From Isosphaeraceae bacterium (GTDB lineage: Bacteria; Planctomycetota; Planctomycetia; Isosphaerales; Isosphaeraceae): DNA of 20,000 nucleotides. Position 1 is the first letter of the stretch, and each line of letters opens with the position of its first letter. A program made the translations under genes and the position numbers. The stretch lies in NCBI GenBank assembly GCA_965201075.1, contig CBDAVP010000001.1, positions 121,708 to 141,707 on the forward strand. The letters are read 5' to 3'. Of this stretch, positions 16,645 to 20,000 are shown piece by piece. The notes beneath the pieces are model-generated. The model was given only the letters and a program-made list of their open reading frames with translations, searched no databases and had not been told where the DNA came from.

Positions 16645-17760
16645 ATGAGACTTCTCCGCTTCGCCTCAATGAGTTTGCTCATCGGCACCCTGACCCTGCC
16701 CACGCGAGCCGACGACACGCCTGCCGACGCCTCGGCGAGTTTCGCGGCCCTCAAGGCCGAGTTTAAGGCCGCCAACGCCAAGTTCCGCGAGGAGATGAAG
16801 GCCAAGGGGCCCAACGCCGAATACCGGGTCGAGGACAGCCCCGCCCCGATCTTTGCCCCGCGGTTCCTCCAGTTCGCCAGGGATCACGCCGGCGCCCCCG
16901 AGGCGCTCCCGGCGTTGAACCTCGCGCTGCAGACCGGCATGTCTTCCCGGGACGGGGCCGGGGAGACCTGGACCGGCGCCCTGCAACTGATCCACGACCG
17001 CTACGTCGCCGATCCGGCCATCAAGCAATTGTATCTGTGGCTCTCGGTGGCCAGCGAAGACCCCTCCAGCGAGGCCGTCCTGCGCGAAGTTCTGGCCAAG
17101 AACCCCGACCGCGACACCCGAGGAGGCGCCGCCCAGGCCCTGGTCAAGCGGGTCGAACGCGACGCCCAGTTCGCCGACATGATTCGCGAGCGTCCCGAGT
17201 CGCTCAAGTCTTACGAGGAGCGCGAGGGGAAGGCCAAGCTCGACGAGATGCTGGCCAAGGGGGACCGGGCCAAGGCCGAGGCCGCGACCCTCAAGGACTC
17301 GTTCCGAGCCGACTACGCCGACTTCTTCCCCGCCATCGCCATCGGCCAGCCCGCGCCCGAGGTCGTCCTGCATGACGTCAACGGTGGCGAGGTCCGCCTC
17401 TCGTCGATGAAAGGGAAGGTCGTTGTCCTCGACATCTGGACGACCTGGTGCGGCCCGTGCAAGGCCATGATCCCCCACGAGCGGGAGATGGTCGAACGCC
17501 TCAAGGACAAGCCGTTTGCCCTGGTCAGCATCTGTTGCGACGAGGAGAAGTCGGCCCTGGTCGAGTTCCTGGCCAAGGAGTCGATGCCCTGGACCCAGTG
17601 CTGGAACGGCCAGAACGGCGGCATCTCCTCGGCCTGGGAAGTGACCTATTACCCAACGGTCTACGTCCTGGACGCCAACGGGGTCATCCGCCACAAGGAC
17701 CTGCGCGGCGAGGAACTGGAGAAGGCCATCAACGAACTCCTGCCCCCCGCGCCGGGCTGA
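16645..17760 (+). CDS. Exported TlpA/ResA-like oxidoreductase, copy 2
   Basis: Signal peptide MRLLRFASMSLLIGTLTLPTRA; WCGPC; colinear with 12713-13828. Confidence 0.92.
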   Translation: MRLLRFASMSLLIGTLTLPTRADDTPADASASFAALKAEFKAANAKFREEMKAKGPNAEYRVEDSPAPIFAPRFLQFARDHAGAPEALPALNLALQTGMSSRDGAGETWTGALQLIHDRYVADPAIKQLYLWLSVASEDPSSEAVLREVLAKNPDRDTRGGAAQALVKRVERDAQFADMIRERPESLKSYEEREGKAKLDEMLAKGDRAKAEAATLKDSFRADYADFFPAIAIGQPAPEVVLHDVNGGEVRLSSMKGKVVVLDIWTTWCGPCKAMIPHEREMVERLKDKPFALVSICCDEEKSALVEFLAKESMPWTQCWNGQNGGISSAWEVTYYPTVYVLDANGVIRHKDLRGEELEKAINELLPPAPG

Positions 17761-17861
17761 TCCCCGTCGTCTTCGAGGTCACCCGATTCCCTCCCGACTC
17801 CTCGGGAACCGGTTGGGATCGGGGGGACTCGTCACCCCCTTCCTTCAAGGAAGGCCGATCC

Positions 17862-18131
17862 TTGTCCCGCGATACCACCGTGATCCGCCCACATCGCCCG
17901 TTCGCCTGGCTCGCGGCTCTGGTCCTGGGCGTGTTGCCGGGGTGCTCCCAGGAGCCCACGCCCGAGGTTTCCGCCGCCGCCGAAACCTTCACCCCGGCCG
18001 AACTGGAGTCGATGCGGAAGTCGGTCAAGAACGTGAACGAGTATCGAGAGCTGGTCAGGCACAAGCGTGCCGAACGCGCGGGGGCCGGCGTCGACAAGTC
18101 AAAGCCCTCGGCGAAACCCATCCCCAGATGA
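17862..18131 (+). CDS. Small putative lipoprotein B, copy 2 (about 89 aa; alternative GTG start at 17880)
   Basis: TTG after [19 protein letters not shown] followed by lipobox-like [27 protein letters not shown] is conserved with copy 1. Confidence 0.75.
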   Translation: MSRDTTVIRPHRPFAWLAALVLGVLPGCSQEPTPEVSAAAETFTPAELESMRKSVKNVNEYRELVRHKRAERAGAGVDKSKPSAKPIPR

Positions 18132-18315
18132 GCCGATAGGCCGCTCTCCGGTCAATTGCCCCCGCCTTTTGAGGAAGAGATCGCTTCCCCGCCCTCCCGT
18201 TGCAAACCTTACTCCCCAGCGCCCGCCCCACCTCTTTCGCCATCCGATCCCCGCTGGCATCGTCCCCGGACGTCCCCATCCCGACACTCGAGATCGCCAC
18301 AAGGTGACTCCTGAC

Positions 18316-19374
18316 GTGTCCGCTCCCCACCGTTTCCTGGTTCGCCGCCGGCTTGGTTTCACCCTCATCGAGTTGCTGGTAGTCATCGCGATCATCGGGG
18401 TCTTGATCGGCCTGCTCCTGCCGGCGGTGCAGGCGGCCCGCGAGGCGGCGCGTCGCGCCCAATGTGTCAACAATCTCAAACAGTTAGGTCTGGGCGCCCT
18501 GAATTACGAAAGTGCCTACACCTGCTATCCGCCGAACGACCTCGCTCCCGATGGCGGGGACATGGGCGTCTTCGTCCGGCTGCTCCCCTACATGGAGCAG
18601 TCGGCGCTCTTCAACGCCTTCAACTCCTCCTTTCAGTACACCGACCCCTGCAACATCACGCTGGCCGGCGTGAGCCTCAGCACCCTGCAATGCCCCAGCG
18701 ATGCCAACGCCAACAACCCGGTGAACCTCTCGGGGCCCGACCCCTACGGCTATACCTCGACCCTGGGCGGCGAGTGGAACTACAACCTGCCCCCGGGCAC
18801 CTGGTATCAGACCATGACGAGCTACCAGCCCATCGCCGGTCCGGTCGTCCACCTCGCCCCCGGCGCCATGGGGATCACCTACGACTTCAGCGCCACCAAG
18901 ATCTCCGACGTCACCGACGGCACCAGCAACACCATGCTCCTCTCCGAGACCACGACCGGCTGGTTGCCCCAGTCGCTGATCCAATCGGAACTGATCTACA
19001 ACAAATGGAACTCGGTCGAAACGATTGACACCGAGTACGCCCCGAACCCCCGCCGCTACGTCCCCGCGGGGTACTCGTCGATCGACATCCCGGTCCTCTT
19101 CTCCGCGTCCAGCATGCACCCCAGTGGCGTGAACGTCGTCTTCGGCGACGGCTCGGTCCGATTCCTCAAGGATTCGATCAGTTCTTGGTCCAACCTTGCC
19201 GCCGACAACTACGGCGCTCCCTCCAGTTACTATATCGAAAAGTTCACATTCAGCTTCACTCCGGTCTTCAGCATGGCGGAGTCCTTCACCTACACGTCGG
19301 CCGCCCAACCCGGCGTCTGGCAGAAGCTCTCCACTCGCAATGGGGGCGAGGTGGTCAGTTCCGATTCGTACTGA
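18316..19374 (+). CDS. Third, more divergent DUF1559 prepilin-type protein
   Basis: [15 protein letters not shown].., [44 protein letters not shown]; start GTG 18316 (or 18304). Confidence 0.93.
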   Translation: MSAPHRFLVRRRLGFTLIELLVVIAIIGVLIGLLLPAVQAAREAARRAQCVNNLKQLGLGALNYESAYTCYPPNDLAPDGGDMGVFVRLLPYMEQSALFNAFNSSFQYTDPCNITLAGVSLSTLQCPSDANANNPVNLSGPDPYGYTSTLGGEWNYNLPPGTWYQTMTSYQPIAGPVVHLAPGAMGITYDFSATKISDVTDGTSNTMLLSETTTGWLPQSLIQSELIYNKWNSVETIDTEYAPNPRRYVPAGYSSIDIPVLFSASSMHPSGVNVVFGDGSVRFLKDSISSWSNLAADNYGAPSSYYIEKFTFSFTPVFSMAESFTYTSAAQPGVWQKLSTRNGGEVVSSDSY

Positions 19375-19502
19375 TCCCACGCCGTCGCGGAATTCTGTCA
19401 CGGCGCGGGCCCGTCTTACGTAGAGATCCTCGAATGGGTCGCGGCGCGGAAGTTCCGCCGCCGCGAGAGCCCCGAGGTTGACTCGACAAGGCGGGCCGCG
19501 CC

Positions 19503-19799
19503 ATGACTGGATGTTCCCTCCTGCTGCAACGACTACGTTCCCGCCCGAGCCAGACCCTGCCCGCCTCTTCCGGCCGGGCAAGCCTCCCAGGCGAGCCGTC
19601 GTCCTCGCCCCATCTCCGCCTCGCCGTCGACCCGGCCGATTTCTCCCGTTTGGTGGGCCTTCGCTGCCAGCGGGCGATCCAGGACGAATTGTCCCGGTTG
19701 GACGCCCTGGGGATCTCCGGGATGATCCGCTCGCTGACCGCCGGCCGCCGCGGCCTCGTTGTAGAACTGCACGACCTCCTCACGCACCCCGGTCGCTGA
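19503..19799 (+). CDS. Hypothetical protein (98 aa)
   Basis: ORF with GC-rich third codon positions in its 3' half; no recognisable family. Confidence 0.3.
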   Translation: MTGCSLLLQRLRSRPSQTLPASSGRASLPGEPSSSPHLRLAVDPADFSRLVGLRCQRAIQDELSRLDALGISGMIRSLTAGRRGLVVELHDLLTHPGR

Positions 19800-19916
19800 T
19801 CCCAGATCCCTCCCCACACCGCCAGGCCCACACGACTCCCCCCCCCCCCCATCTGGTCGCCCAATTCTCCGAGCGACCCGTCCCAAATCCGCCCCTCCGC
19901 CATTTCTAGCTGCCCC

Positions 19917-19965
19917 TTGACAATCGTCTGGCCCGGACGAATAGTGTGTTAGTCAACTAACACAC
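19917..19965 (+). promoter_or_regulatory. Promoter with overlapping perfect palindromic operator (GntR/YtrA-type)
   Basis: TTGACA at 19917-19922; -10 candidate AATAGT or TAGTGT within 19940-19947; GTGTGTTAGT-CA-ACTAACACAC at 19944-19965. Confidence 0.75.
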
Positions 19966-19978
19966 CGAGGGACGTCCG

Positions 19979-20000
19979 ATGCTTTCCCTCCGCCTGAACC
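19979..20000 (+). CDS. Start of a gene truncated by the window edge, probably a GntR/YtrA-family regulator
   Basis: GAGGGA RBS, then ATG encoding MLSLRLN...; identity is inferred only from the operator and a YtrA-like N-terminus. Confidence 0.45.

Larger units (their letters stand above)
10955..18131 (+). repeat. Diverged tandem duplication: unit 1 about 10955-14256, unit 2 about 14867-18131
   Basis: Same gene order and alignable intergenic DNA, e.g. GGTCGGGCGGATCTCCCGAATCCGCAAC at 11021 vs GGTCGAGCCTATCTCCCGAGTCTGTAAC at 14937. Outer boundaries are approximate. Confidence 0.9.

Noticed and set aside
11590..19374. Diversity-generating retroelement or shufflon as the source of pilin variation
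   Set aside because: No reverse transcriptase or recombinase in the window, no template/variable repeat pair, and the differences are not adenine-specific.

Overview
GC-rich window that looks like a planctomycete (Isosphaeraceae-like) chromosome, inferred from the DUF1549/DUF1553, DUF1501 and DUF1559 families and a planctomycete LEDRxLL N-terminal motif. The left half is ordinary: a partial ABC exporter, mscL, a DUF1549/1553-DUF1501 pair, tRNA-Cys(GCA), a large secreted cyclophilin/Ig-repeat protein, and a divergently transcribed YfhO-like membrane protein. The right half (about 10.95-19.4 kb) holds an old tandem duplication with a period of about 3.9 kb. Each unit is: conserved AT-rich upstream region, structured leader, small lipoprotein A, DUF1559 prepilin-like protein, exported TlpA-like thioredoxin (WCGPC), small lipoprotein B. 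A ~600-bp IS1380-family remnant separates the two units, and a third, more divergent DUF1559 gene follows. The most notable signal is a leader hairpin kept in both copies, with one compensatory base-pair change and a loop complementary to the Shine-Dalgarno of the first gene (candidate cis-regulatory RNA). The window ends at a promoter with a perfect palindromic operator, before a probable GntR/YtrA gene. All family assignments come from motif recognition by eye; no searches were run.
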